A stretch of DNA of 64,000 nt, taken from contig JBGCFM010000104.1 of NCBI GenBank assembly GCA_045106895.1, positions 1 through 64,000 on the forward strand. The letters are read 5' to 3'. The translations under genes were made by a program, and so were the position numbers. This DNA is from Polyangiales bacterium (GTDB taxonomy: Bacteria; Myxococcota_A; Polyangia; Polyangiales; Houyiibacteriaceae). Numbering within the stretch: the stretch's first letter is position 1; each line of letters starts with the position of its first letter. This document shows positions 54,063 through 64,000 of this stretch, piece after piece. The notes below the pieces were generated by a model. It searched no databases. It had not been told where the DNA came from and saw only the letters and a list, made by a program, of their open reading frames with translations.

Positions 54063-54674
54063 TCATCGCCAACGAGACTGATAAAGGCAGTGGTCGTCTC
54101 CATCATGGATGCAGCGCGAGTGCACCACCTCGATGGCCTTTCCGCCCGCCGCCTTGATGGCCCCGCGCATATAACCGGCGATTCCGAAGCGGCACAGATA
54201 GCGCGGAATCACTACTTCGCTGAGCCGCGTCTCCGCGTGGCCCTTACGCGTCGTCGTGCGAACATTTCCTGCCGACATGTACTGGTTGAAGATCAAGTGT
54301 GAGCGCGCGAGGAAGAACTCCGGCGACCCCATCCGGAAGAACGCTCGGTAGAGGATGTTGATGTCGTAGGACGCGATGGCCTCACCAAAGTCGACCATGC
54401 CTTCCACCTTGCCGCCCATCACCTCCTCGAAGATGATCTCGTCTATGGCGTAGAGGTGGCGGATTGGCGACCAAGTGAAGGAGAGCGGCGGATTCAAGAA
54501 GAGCGCGCGCTCTTCCGGCGCCAGGCGTTCGGTCACTCGCGTGACGCCGGACTCACCGAGCCGCTCACGGACGAAACGCGGACGTGAAGCGAGCCAGTTG
54601 CCCTTGCACCGGACCTCCGTCGTATCGCTCAGTTTGTCTCTGTCGCCCCAAAAGGCGATCGACCCGTTCGTCAC
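54063..54674 (-). CDS. DUF2378/TIGR02265-like protein with V4R-like C-terminus
   Basis: VRCKGNWL..R.RFVRE.LG, FTWSPI and CIHDGDDHCLYQSRW. Confidence 0.7.
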   Translation of the reverse strand: MTNGSIAFWGDRDKLSDTTEVRCKGNWLASRPRFVRERLGESGVTRVTERLAPEERALFLNPPLSFTWSPIRHLYAIDEIIFEEVMGGKVEGMVDFGEAIASYDINILYRAFFRMGSPEFFLARSHLIFNQYMSAGNVRTTTRKGHAETRLSEVVIPRYLCRFGIAGYMRGAIKAAGGKAIEVVHSRCIHDGDDHCLYQSRWR

Positions 54675-54709
54675 GACGCGAGCTTAGGTGAGTTTCGAAG
54701 CGAAGGCGA

Positions 54710-57145
54710 CTAGCTCACCCGGTGAAGGCCGCCTCCCGCCTCGACGAAGACCCGGAGTCCCGGAAACTTAGGCAGGTAGCTCCTCGGCGGCGGCTTCTTT
54801 CGGGTGCCTCGGACCATGTTGAGGATCGCTTGTCGCTTCTCGAGGTCAAAGCTCACTTTGTACGTCGCGTCGCCCAAGGAGACCTCGCGGGGATAGAGGT
54901 CAGCGATGATCCCCTGCAGCTCGAAGGGCAGCTCTTTCGCGAGGAAGTCTTCAGGAGAGAGCATCTCTAGCTCGTCGCCGCTCTCAATGCCCAGCTCAAG
55001 GATGCGCTCACGCAGCCACTCGTCGAAGCTCGCCGGCGCCTTGAGGCCCTCGGGGATGCCGTGGTCACGTCCAACGCTCATCGTAGCGAGCTGCGCGGCG
55101 AGGCCACGCTCGTCGATGCGGGCGCGGCTCTTGCGGATGGCGTCGCGAAAGAGCGTGCCGCGGGACGCGAGATCGAAGAGCGCGCTTCGCACCAGGTCGC
55201 CTTTCGGGTTCACCTCGTCGGTGCCGAGCGCTTTCCCAGCGAAGACCCACTCCACCTCGGCCTTGACCTTCTGCCGCGGCCTTTTCCCGACAAGCCAACA
55301 CTTCGCGAGTCGGGCTTCGGCAAGCCCCGCGTCGCGGAGGAGACGAAGCGAGCATGGCGAAGCCGTCGTCGCGAGGAGCCTTCGGTCGCGGCCGGTGCCA
55401 AAAGCGCGAACGTCGAACACAACGCAGGCGTCCGCGGGCTTTCCCGCCGCAGATTTCCCACCGAGCGCCGGGCGAATTCGTCGCCACGCTGCGCTCTCGC
55501 GAGCCAGAGAGAGCTCGGTTCCGCCGCCCGCAAGGGAGACACGTTCGCCGCCTTTGCCGCGACGACGTACGACGTGGGCGCAGCGCGGATCGGCGCGGAC
55601 GGCAATCGCGCACAGCGCATCCGACGACGGAGCCGGCGCGTCTTCATGGCGCGCCTGAAGCCCGAGCGCTCCACGCAAGCGCTTCGCGATGAGCCGCCCT
55701 TCCCTTCGCGCATGCCCATCGACGGGGCCGCCGGTGGAACGAAGCGCACGAATCAGCGCGAGGGCATCGCAGCCCTCCGCGCGCAGCGTGTCCTCTGGCC
55801 CGGGCCCTTCGTGGAACATACGACGCCCCGTGGACATCGCCGCGACGAGGTCGACCATGTCCTGGAGTTCGTCTTCGCCGGCGCGCCGCGCCTCGACCAG
55901 GAGGCGACCGAGCGCCGCGTCGATGGGGAGCTTCGCGAGCTCGCGTCCAGCGCTCGTGAGGGCGCCTTCTTCGTCCAGCGCACCGAGGGTGAGTAGTTCC
56001 TCCATGGCGTCGGCAAGAGCATGTTCCTTCGGCGCATCAAGGAGCGGAAGCGTGGCGACATCGGCGCCACATGCGCGCGCCGAAAGGACCAGAGGCACGA
56101 GGGACTCACGATGCACCTCCGGCGGCGTCTGCGCGTCGAGGCTCCCGCGACGGGCCCAGAGGCGAATGCAGCGACCCGCCTCCATACGTCCCGCGCGGCC
56201 CGCACGCTGGTCCGCGGCGTCGAGGGCGATGGCCCGCATGGCGAGGTGCGCGCGGCCGTGGTGATAGCTCGTGCGCCGGACGAGGCCGCTATCGATGACG
56301 ACGCGGATTCCGGGCACCGTCAGCGAGGTCTCGGCGACGTTGGTGGCGAGGACCACCTTTCGTTTCTTGGTGCGCTCAAAGACACGCGCCTGCGCGTCGA
56401 GGCTCATGCCGCCGTGGAGCATGACCACGCTGAACCTGGACGCAAACGCGGGCCCCCGAAGCGCGCCCTCCACCGCCGCGATCTCGCCCTTGCCGGGAAG
56501 GAAAACCAAAACGTCGCCGGGCTCATCGTCTTGGATGGAGCGAAGCGCTGAGAGCACACGCGCTTCGAGATCCACCGGGGAAGGGAGCGTCTGCCCTTCG
56601 TCGCGGTACTGGATGTCCACGGGGAAGAGACGGCCCTCCGCCTCGAGGAGACGCGCGCCCATATGCTTTGCCACACGTGGTCCGTCGAGGGTGGCGCTCA
56701 TCACCACCAGCTGCGGCGCATCGTCGTCCGAACGCGAGCGTTCGAGGAGCAAGGCCGCCAAGAGGTCGACGTCTAAGCGTCTTTCATGGAGCTCATCGAG
56801 GATGACGGTCTTCACTTTTGTGAGGGCATCGAACTGCTGAAGCGCGATGCCCGGCGTGACAAAACGGATGCGCGTCTCGCCCGAGATCTGTGTCTCACCA
56901 CGCACCTGAAAACCCACGCGTCCGCCGAGCTTACTCTTTTCCAGGTGAGCGACGCGCGACGCGAGGGCGCGGCAGGCAACGCGCCGGGGCTCCACGACTA
57001 CGACGTCGCCTTTGTCCGCCGCCCAGCGCGGCACCTGCGTACTCTTTCCGCTCCCCGTCGGGGCTGTGATCACGATGGGTCCTCCTTCTTCGAGGAAGGT
57101 CCCCCTAAGCACATCGACGGGAAGAACGTCGCTCGTCTTGCTCAT
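54710..57145 (-). CDS. hrpB: HrpB-like DExH-box RNA helicase
   Basis: APTGSGKST, EPRRVA, DELHER, MSATL, FLPGKGEI, ATNVAETSLT and QRAGRAGR. Confidence 0.9.
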   Translation of the reverse strand: MSKTSDVLPVDVLRGTFLEEGGPIVITAPTGSGKSTQVPRWAADKGDVVVVEPRRVACRALASRVAHLEKSKLGGRVGFQVRGETQISGETRIRFVTPGIALQQFDALTKVKTVILDELHERRLDVDLLAALLLERSRSDDDAPQLVVMSATLDGPRVAKHMGARLLEAEGRLFPVDIQYRDEGQTLPSPVDLEARVLSALRSIQDDEPGDVLVFLPGKGEIAAVEGALRGPAFASRFSVVMLHGGMSLDAQARVFERTKKRKVVLATNVAETSLTVPGIRVVIDSGLVRRTSYHHGRAHLAMRAIALDAADQRAGRAGRMEAGRCIRLWARRGSLDAQTPPEVHRESLVPLVLSARACGADVATLPLLDAPKEHALADAMEELLTLGALDEEGALTSAGRELAKLPIDAALGRLLVEARRAGEDELQDMVDLVAAMSTGRRMFHEGPGPEDTLRAEGCDALALIRALRSTGGPVDGHARREGRLIAKRLRGALGLQARHEDAPAPSSDALCAIAVRADPRCAHVVRRRGKGGERVSLAGGGTELSLARESAAWRRIRPALGGKSAAGKPADACVVFDVRAFGTGRDRRLLATTASPCSLRLLRDAGLAEARLAKCWLVGKRPRQKVKAEVEWVFAGKALGTDEVNPKGDLVRSALFDLASRGTLFRDAIRKSRARIDERGLAAQLATMSVGRDHGIPEGLKAPASFDEWLRERILELGIESGDELEMLSPEDFLAKELPFELQGIIADLYPREVSLGDATYKVSFDLEKRQAILNMVRGTRKKPPPRSYLPKFPGLRVFVEAGGGLHRVS

Positions 57146-57801
57146 TGCGTCCTCGCGGGCGGGATCGAAACCGTGGACACGGCGCCGCCCTCGTAGTCCA
57201 AGATCGAAGGAGCACGTTCGCACTCCCAAGTGGTCACGTTTGCGAAGCAGGTCCCCTCGTGCTGCCAAGCGCCGCCATCTTGGTGGATGTGGCCGAAGAG
57301 ATGAAGCGCGGGCTGAACCTCGTGCAAACGCGCGCGAAGGTCGGCGCATCCGAGGCGCCCCGGAACGGGACCCCGGTCCCCGAACCCCGCCGGCGGAGAG
57401 TGCGTGACCAACACCTGAGTGCTCGTGGGGATGAGCGACCACTTCTCTGCCAAGGGCGCGCCGCGAGGAAGATTGTAGGCCCAGTCGTTGTAGGCCGGCT
57501 GCCAGGGGCTTCCCCAAAACTCAACTTCCTCGATCCGAACGCCCGAGTCTTCGAGGTAGTGCGCGTCGCCGAGGAGCGCGAGCGCTTCTGCTCGGCTGTG
57601 CTGGAAACACCCGTCGTGGTTTCCGGCAACGATCACCTTGTGCGGATGCGGCAGGCCGCGAATCCACTTAGCGACACCTTCGAGTTCCTCGAGTGTTCCG
57701 GCGCGCAGCAGGTCGCCGGCGTGGACGAAGACATCCCCGTCGGGAAGCTCGCCCAGGTCCTCCTCGAAGGTGTGCGTGTCTGCAACGGCAACGATTCGCA
57801 T
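57142..57801 (-). CDS. Calcineurin-like metallophosphoesterase (MPPED/239FB-like)
   Basis: ADTH, HAGD, AGNHD, THSPP and HLFGHIH; ATGA overlap with hrpB. Confidence 0.92.
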   Translation of the reverse strand: MRIVAVADTHTFEEDLGELPDGDVFVHAGDLLRAGTLEELEGVAKWIRGLPHPHKVIVAGNHDGCFQHSRAEALALLGDAHYLEDSGVRIEEVEFWGSPWQPAYNDWAYNLPRGAPLAEKWSLIPTSTQVLVTHSPPAGFGDRGPVPGRLGCADLRARLHEVQPALHLFGHIHQDGGAWQHEGTCFANVTTWECERAPSILDYEGGAVSTVSIPPARTQ

Positions 57802-58124
57802 CGCCGGAGGCTAGCAGAATAGCAGCTCGGTCTTCGCGAAGAGTCCCGCCACGCGGCCGGCAAACGTTGGACGATTCGACTCCAAGCTGTCCTCGCTTTC
57901 TTGCTCGCGAGACTTGGCCGCGCTCGATGACCTCATCGGGCTCACCCTCACGAACAGTGAACCGTCTGGCCTCGGACGGCCCAACGGGCGGTTTGCTTGC
58001 ACGAGATCCCGACGACCGATTGGCCGATGAGCGACGGCCGCTAGGGTTTCGTCGGCCTTGTGCAGGTGCGCCACCGCCGGATACGTCGTTCGCGATGAAC
58101 GACGCAATCCGGCATACTCATGCG

Positions 58125-59249
58125 ATGGGGACACGACACGCGCACTTCGCACAGCAAATGGCGTGCGTTCTTGCCGTCGCCGGGCTGGTCGCATGCGCAG
58201 ACAACCAACTCGGCACAGAGCGACGCGACGCAGGCGACAACATCGACGGTTCGGTCCCGGACGCGCCGGCTCTATCAGACGCCAGCGGCATCGATGCGCC
58301 GATGGGGTTGGACTCGGGTGAGGACGCCGCCCTTCTCGACGCTGCCACTGATGTCGGCAACGACTCGGGCTCGGCCCCTATCCCCGCGCGGGACTGCGTG
58401 TTCGAATCTGAGGACGACGAACAAGAGCTCGACGTCGGCCCCGGTTCTTCCGAGCGACTGCGCTTCCTCATCGAAGGCCTGCCTGACCCCAGCGCCGTCG
58501 AATCAGCGACACTCGTGTTCACAAGCTTTGACTCCGATCACCCGGGCGAAGAGGGCAGCATTCGCGTGAACGGCATGGGCGACCTGGACCTGCCGGCGAT
58601 GGTCGCGTGGGACAACGCAGACGGCACCGGAAACATCGATGTTAGCGGCCTGACCGTCGCCGGAGAAAACCGGATCGTTTTTCGCCCTGGGCCACTGCCG
58701 CGCAGCTTCTTTCGTATTCGCGATGTCTCGTTGCGGATCCGCGCCCGCGTGACGGAGTGCGTCGAAGCGCCGCCGCCACCGGACCCCACGGCGGTGACGC
58801 GCTCCATGCACTTCAATGAGGCCGCCTATGCCCCCCGTGGCAATTGGGTCGTCCCCTGCCCACCGGGCGCGCCTGGCCACAACAGTCTGCGCAACTATGC
58901 GTTCACCGCCAGCGCCAGCGAGCATAACTCGACGGATTGCAGCGGAGAGTACCGGTCCGGCGGCAACCGGCGTGGAACGGCGACGTTCCGCTTCAACGCT
59001 GTCGCCTCGGCTCGATACCGGATCACGATTCGAAGTCGGCACACGGAAAACCGCAACGCAGCAGGCGCGCTCTTCATCGTCGATGGCGTGGAGCGCCGCA
59101 TCTCCCAACGATCGGCGGAGAGCGTGTACGTAAACGATGTCTGGGGAGAGCGACGCCTTGAGGGCGACGTCGACATTGTACTCGACAGCTCGCGCGAAGG
59201 CGCCAGCGACTGCGTGACGTCGGTGACCATCGAGCCCATCAGCGGCTGA
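58125..59249 (+). CDS. Hypothetical lipoprotein with two beta-sandwich (CBM-like) domains
   Basis: LVAC lipobox, DAG linker, Pro linker between domains; start approximate. Confidence 0.7.
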   Translation: MGTRHAHFAQQMACVLAVAGLVACADNQLGTERRDAGDNIDGSVPDAPALSDASGIDAPMGLDSGEDAALLDAATDVGNDSGSAPIPARDCVFESEDDEQELDVGPGSSERLRFLIEGLPDPSAVESATLVFTSFDSDHPGEEGSIRVNGMGDLDLPAMVAWDNADGTGNIDVSGLTVAGENRIVFRPGPLPRSFFRIRDVSLRIRARVTECVEAPPPPDPTAVTRSMHFNEAAYAPRGNWVVPCPPGAPGHNSLRNYAFTASASEHNSTDCSGEYRSGGNRRGTATFRFNAVASARYRITIRSRHTENRNAAGALFIVDGVERRISQRSAESVYVNDVWGERRLEGDVDIVLDSSREGASDCVTSVTIEPISG

Positions 59250-59316
59250 ACCTCATTCCGGCCGCGCCTCGCGACCGCCCGCCGATTCTATGCTCGCTTC
59301 GTGGTCAACGTACGAC

Positions 59317-61560
59317 CTAGCGCGTCAGCGCGCGGATCTCGTCGAGGGCTCCGCGAAGCTGTTGCGGGTAGTCCCCGAGGATTCGAAGATAGCGCGCCTT
59401 TGACATGCCGTGTTCGCGCAGAAGTCGTCGCATGATGGCGATGGCGTCGGACTGAACTCGCCATCCGACGGCTGGCGTGCAGCTAAGGACCTCAGCGACG
59501 ACGGAGAGCAGATGAAGGACGCTTACTGCGTCCTCTTCGAAGCCCACGGCCTCCGTCGTCACTTGCGGGGGCGGGAAGAGGTCATCGAAACTTCGCGCGA
59601 GGGCCGAGCGTTCCATCCGCTGAATCTCCAGCGTGCGTCGGCGACTCGATGTCAGCTCCTCCTCGCCGAGGCCGAGTTCCTCGAGAGCTTCGACGAGCAA
59701 CTCAAGGTCTTCACCATCCTCTTCATGCGGCTCGTCCTCCGAGTAGTTCGTCGCCGGAGCGAGGCCGAAGTCTGGCGCAAGCTCTTCTTTGGAGCCCTTG
59801 TTCCTCAGCCCCTCGTCGTCGACGTGGTGGTAGACCACCTCAAGGCCCGCGTGGCGCTGTTCGGCGGCGAAGCGGCGAAGTGCAGGACTTTCGGCGCCGA
59901 GGGCGATGACGCTGACGCGGACCGGCACATCAAGGCGGGCCTGCGCCTCGCGCAAGAGCCCCGGGTCCACGTCTGCTTGTCCGTCGGTGACGAGGACGAT
60001 CTGAGCGCGCGAGAGCTCCACGTCGTTGTGGCGCTGCTCCTCGATGAGCGTCAACGACTCGAGGAGCGCGGACTGAATGTCTGTGCCGCCTGTGCGCTGG
60101 GCGGCAAAGATCGTGCGAATCGTCGCCAAGGCCTCATCCACTGTGGCGACGCGGCGCGTGACCTCCGTCCGCGAGTCGAAGTAGCGGTAGTAGAGCAAGC
60201 TTCGAATGCGCCCCTCGGGGCGTTGCAGCCGCGCGACGAGGGAGGCGAGTTCCGCCACAAAGAGCGCATCACGCATGCGCCCTCGGGGCCCGCGCATCGA
60301 GGACGACCCGTCCAAGAGATAGAAACGAACCGAGGCGCGAACACTCCCGACGCGGCGACGTTGTCTTCGGTTTCGAACGAACCGGCGCTGCAGCAAACGG
60401 CGCGAGGCCAAGTGGTAGAGGAGCAGGCGCGGGTCCTCGATGATCGCGTCTTTGACGCCGGCGACCTCGTCCACCGGGCTCAGCGTCAACGTCGCCGTGG
60501 GATAGGATACGAGCTGTCGGAGTTCTTCTACGACCTCGCGCGTCTCTTGCTCCAAGGAGACGCCCAGATCGAAGCCGGCGCTGGCGTCGAGGGTCATGCG
60601 TAGAAGCTCCGCCTCTGCGCCGCCGCGAAGATCCGCGGCGTGGGCTTGAAGCCGAAAGCGCTGCAATGGAGGCGCGGCGTCGATGGTCTCATCGAGTCGT
60701 GCGCGCGCCTCCTTGTAGCCCACTTCGATGGCCTCATTCACGCGGGCAGGCATCTCGCCGGTGTCCGGCGAAGACGAAAGCCTCGCCGCAATCTTCATGG
60801 CCGCGTCGTCCTTGGTGCTACCGGCACGAAGATAGGCGCGAGCTGCGGACGCGCCCCGGAGCACTCGCCCATCGCCCTTCTTCGCCGCCTCCCGCAGCTG
60901 GTGGTCGATGGGCAGCGCGGGGTCGACGACGCGGGCCATTCGCTGAAGCTGACGCAGCTCCTCACACACGGCGTCGTATCCACGTCCGAGGGCCCCTTCG
61001 CCACCGGGACAGCCGCTCTCTCCCGCCACGGCAGCAGCATCGAGGAGAATGCGCTGCGCCGCACGCAGCAGGCCCTCGCGGCGGGAAAGCAAATCGGTCT
61101 CCTCCGCCGCTTCACGGCAAAGCGCGTCCACGCTCATCTGAACATGCGCAGGCAAAGATGCGACGGGGTGACGAAACGCGCGACTTCCGACCCCGCGGAC
61201 GAGCGAGTAGTGGGCCGCGAAGATCGGTCGCCGGGCCAGGTGGTCCATCGCGAGGGTCCAAGCGGCAACGTCATGCAGCCAAGAGAGCACGGTCCCGTCG
61301 AGCTCATCGTGTGTCCGCGCGCGGTCCTCCAGGACCTGCACGTTTGCGGCGAGCTCCGCCACGATGGCAGGCCGATGCTCGCGCCAGTCGACTCGACTTC
61401 GCTTTGAGCCATCCCCAAAACCTTCGATGGCCGCCCAGCGAATGACCTCACCTCGACGGGAGAGGCGAAGCCAGGTTCGGCGGAACCAGTTCTCCAGACG
61501 CATCGAGTCGGGTTCGCGCCACAGGTGGTCGAGGCGTCGCTGAAGGTCCTCGACGTTCAC
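59317..61560 (-). CDS. vWA-domain protein (ViaA-like arrangement)
   Basis: MIDAS residues LLDGSSSMRG, GGTDI and LVTDG; GTGA overlap with the AAA gene stop. Confidence 0.88.
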   Translation of the reverse strand: MNVEDLQRRLDHLWREPDSMRLENWFRRTWLRLSRRGEVIRWAAIEGFGDGSKRSRVDWREHRPAIVAELAANVQVLEDRARTHDELDGTVLSWLHDVAAWTLAMDHLARRPIFAAHYSLVRGVGSRAFRHPVASLPAHVQMSVDALCREAAEETDLLSRREGLLRAAQRILLDAAAVAGESGCPGGEGALGRGYDAVCEELRQLQRMARVVDPALPIDHQLREAAKKGDGRVLRGASAARAYLRAGSTKDDAAMKIAARLSSSPDTGEMPARVNEAIEVGYKEARARLDETIDAAPPLQRFRLQAHAADLRGGAEAELLRMTLDASAGFDLGVSLEQETREVVEELRQLVSYPTATLTLSPVDEVAGVKDAIIEDPRLLLYHLASRRLLQRRFVRNRRQRRRVGSVRASVRFYLLDGSSSMRGPRGRMRDALFVAELASLVARLQRPEGRIRSLLYYRYFDSRTEVTRRVATVDEALATIRTIFAAQRTGGTDIQSALLESLTLIEEQRHNDVELSRAQIVLVTDGQADVDPGLLREAQARLDVPVRVSVIALGAESPALRRFAAEQRHAGLEVVYHHVDDEGLRNKGSKEELAPDFGLAPATNYSEDEPHEEDGEDLELLVEALEELGLGEEELTSSRRRTLEIQRMERSALARSFDDLFPPPQVTTEAVGFEEDAVSVLHLLSVVAEVLSCTPAVGWRVQSDAIAIMRRLLREHGMSKARYLRILGDYPQQLRGALDEIRALTR

Positions 61561-63911
61561 TTGGCTCCCGGAAGGTTGCTCCACTCCTCTTCGACGCGCG
61601 CTTGCTCTTCCTCGGATTGAGCGTCGCGAAGGCTTGCGCCAAGCGTATTGAGGCGCGCCGCGAGAGCGACGGCGGGCCCGGCGGCGTGCGGAAAGAGCGC
61701 CTGGAGCACTTCGCACTCCAAACAGAAGCGCAGGAGCGCGCGCTCCTCGAAGCAGATTTCGCGCACCTCCTCCGCCGGTCCGGCCTTGCCCCAGCGCTCC
61801 AGGAGGTCCACCGCGCGTTCGATACGCGTCAGGTCCACGCCCGCCAGCTCATCACGTAGTGACTCCGGCAGCGCAGCGATGGACGCGGCCATACGTTCCA
61901 GCCCAGGGCCCTCCTCGCTCTCATCGAAGGCTTGGAGCGTCGTCAGCACCTCGGCCAGGGCCACAGACATCGGCGTCCTTCCGGCCTCTTCCCGGAGCGC
62001 CCGATAGCCATCGAGGGTCGCCGGTAGAGTGGTCACGTCGGACTTCGCCGGAACGAGTGACGACGCGACCCAGCGGAGGTGCTCGTCCACAGGAACGACG
62101 GCGGCGAGCTTCATTCCTTCGAGGGCGATCATGACGCGCTCGAGTGTCTTGTGAATCTCTCCGCGCTCGACGCCCTCCACGCGCTGGTACGCCGCGCGCA
62201 ACATACCCACGACGCGACGCTTCACCACGCGAAAGCTCGGCGGGTCTTCGGGGGCCCGCGCTGAAAGAGACGAGCGCGACGAGCGCAACGCCAAGTAGCG
62301 CTCCTCCTCGTCCTGAAGGGTCGTAAGGAGCGGCCTCAGGGAACCCAACAGCTCGATGATCTGCACGGGCCCCGAGAGCAGCTGCTTCATCTCCGATGCG
62401 ACGCGCACGTCGAACTGCACCTCGTAGCGTTGACCCAGAGCGAGAATCGCAGCGTCGAAGGCCGCATCGACATCGTCGACGGAGGCTGCCGGCGCGTCCA
62501 TGGCCACGATGAGCTCTCGCAACGTCACGGCCTCTTCCAGAAACCCGAGCACCTCGTCTGGAGAGTCCCCGCGCGCGAAGGCCACCGACTGTGCCAGCGT
62601 CGCGAGAAGGTGGCCACGCATCGACACCGTCGCTTCACGTACGTTCGGCTGCTCCCGCTCATAGGCGACGGTCGCGTCGTAGGCTTGCCGGATGGACGAG
62701 AGCTCTCCCGGGGCATTCAACATGGCACGAACACGTGCGACCCACTCGCGCTGCACGCGAAGCTCTCGAGTCGAGACCGGCTCCGGCTCTGGTGCTGGTG
62801 CAAGCGCCGTCGCTTCTTCCGGTTCCGCCTCGATAGGCGGCGTTTCGCGCATAACGTCTTGGAAGACCTGAGCCTCGGCCTTCATGATGTGAAGCTGGCG
62901 TCGCTCCCGCGGCTCGCTCTCTTGAGCGAGGAGCGCGTCGATGTCTGCCAGCGGCGTCCCCGCCAACATGAGCCCTAGGCGCAACGGTCCGAGGTCCTCC
63001 CCTTGTGCGACGAGCGCACGTTCGGGTTGCGCCGTGGCGCGATCGAAGACGACGACGGCACGCAGAATTCGACCGAGCCGGATCACTGCGCGCGTCGAGA
63101 GGTAACGGGTGCGCGCAAACGTGGGGTCGGCTCGCTCAAGCTCGTGCGTCTTCGCGTCGAAGCGCCGAGAGATGTCGACGAGGGCGGAGCTCACAGCCGC
63201 GGGGATACGAACACGTTCGACCATCTCCTGGAGCACGTCCAGGTCCTGAATCGTCAGGCGCTCGGACAAGTTCATGCCGCCGGAGAGCGCCGACTCCACG
63301 ACCTGCTCCAGGTGCTCGCGGCGGGCAAAGCCACGCGGCACGAAGCTCACAAACGCGATGCGGTCAACGAACGCCAGGAGCGTGCCGCGCCCTTCCTCGA
63401 GCGCCTCCGAGAGGTATCGATTCGTGGTCATGACGGCGCACTCGATCTGCCCGCGTGTCACCTTGGTGCCCTGCTTGAGCTCGCGCTCTTCGAGCAAGTT
63501 GAGCGTCGCGCGAAGCAACATATCGCGACCATCGAGGACCTCGTCGAGGAACGCGTGAACCGCGCCGAGCATGCCCTCGTCGGTGAAGTACTCCGTACGC
63601 CCCGTGTCCGTGAGCGTACGGAAGTCGACGGAACCGATGAGGTCCGTTTGCACTGTGCTCTCCGTCAGCTGACGCGAGAACAGGCTCGGCTCGCCGGTGT
63701 TCTCACAGACAATTCGCCCGAGGAGCGACGACGTGAGCAGGCTCTTTCCTGTCCCCGGTGGCCCCGTCATCAGCACGTGCTCACGTGCGAGGAGTGCAAG
63801 CGCGAGCTGCTTCAAGACATCGTCACGCTCGACGAAGCCTGAGCGGAGCTCCGCGAAGAAACGGGAAAAACGTTCGAGGGCGACGCGCTCGCGTTCGGGT
63901 GTAAAAGTCAC
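61557..63911 (-). CDS. MoxR/RavA-like AAA+ ATPase with long helical C-terminal extension
   Basis: HVLMTGPPGTGKS (Walker A), AFLDEV (Walker B), LNLLEERE, FVDRI and LSTR. Confidence 0.9.
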   Translation of the reverse strand: MTFTPERERVALERFSRFFAELRSGFVERDDVLKQLALALLAREHVLMTGPPGTGKSLLTSSLLGRIVCENTGEPSLFSRQLTESTVQTDLIGSVDFRTLTDTGRTEYFTDEGMLGAVHAFLDEVLDGRDMLLRATLNLLEERELKQGTKVTRGQIECAVMTTNRYLSEALEEGRGTLLAFVDRIAFVSFVPRGFARREHLEQVVESALSGGMNLSERLTIQDLDVLQEMVERVRIPAAVSSALVDISRRFDAKTHELERADPTFARTRYLSTRAVIRLGRILRAVVVFDRATAQPERALVAQGEDLGPLRLGLMLAGTPLADIDALLAQESEPRERRQLHIMKAEAQVFQDVMRETPPIEAEPEEATALAPAPEPEPVSTRELRVQREWVARVRAMLNAPGELSSIRQAYDATVAYEREQPNVREATVSMRGHLLATLAQSVAFARGDSPDEVLGFLEEAVTLRELIVAMDAPAASVDDVDAAFDAAILALGQRYEVQFDVRVASEMKQLLSGPVQIIELLGSLRPLLTTLQDEEERYLALRSSRSSLSARAPEDPPSFRVVKRRVVGMLRAAYQRVEGVERGEIHKTLERVMIALEGMKLAAVVPVDEHLRWVASSLVPAKSDVTTLPATLDGYRALREEAGRTPMSVALAEVLTTLQAFDESEEGPGLERMAASIAALPESLRDELAGVDLTRIERAVDLLERWGKAGPAEEVREICFEERALLRFCLECEVLQALFPHAAGPAVALAARLNTLGASLRDAQSEEEQARVEEEWSNLPGAK

Positions 63912-64000
63912 GATCCGACCCTAACGCAGATCCACCGGCGCTGTGTGTGTTCCAAACGCCGAGGCACATCGTTGGACGCGCATCCACAGCGAGCTATTCT

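Overview
GC-rich (roughly two-thirds G+C by eye) bacterial chromosome segment. The gene content points to Myxococcota, probably a Polyangiales/Sandaracinaceae-like lineage: DUF4388, Cys-rich CGDG repeats, an AgmX-like domain, DUF2378-like and TIGR02147 proteins, and many Asp/Ala/Gly-linker lipoproteins. The window holds about 55 genes and tRNA-Pro(TGG). Housekeeping genes include a membrane pyrophosphatase (hppA), fur, secA, argJ, metH and an HrpB-like helicase. Also present are two LysR regulators, Ser/Thr and RIO kinases, proteases, and a translationally coupled MoxR/RavA-like AAA+ ATPase and vWA pair. I found no integrase, transposase, CRISPR array, reverse transcriptase or rRNA. The most striking unexplained element is a ~300-nt A-rich, hairpin- and repeat-containing non-coding unit at ~28.28-28.58 kb. 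It has its own intrinsic terminator, lies divergent from the TIGR02147 gene, and is a candidate novel protein-titrating sRNA. Other highlights: an unannotated 58-aa basic CxxC protein whose ribosome-binding site sits inside a leader hairpin (45.0-45.24 kb); an internally deleted duplicate of an EEP nuclease gene; a SecA with a wing-domain insertion and a poly-Q tail instead of SEC-C; and an orphan-rich stretch (Imm22-like, NADAR-N-like, GcrA-like HTH) next to tRNA-Pro. All family assignments come from recognising motifs by eye, not from database searches.
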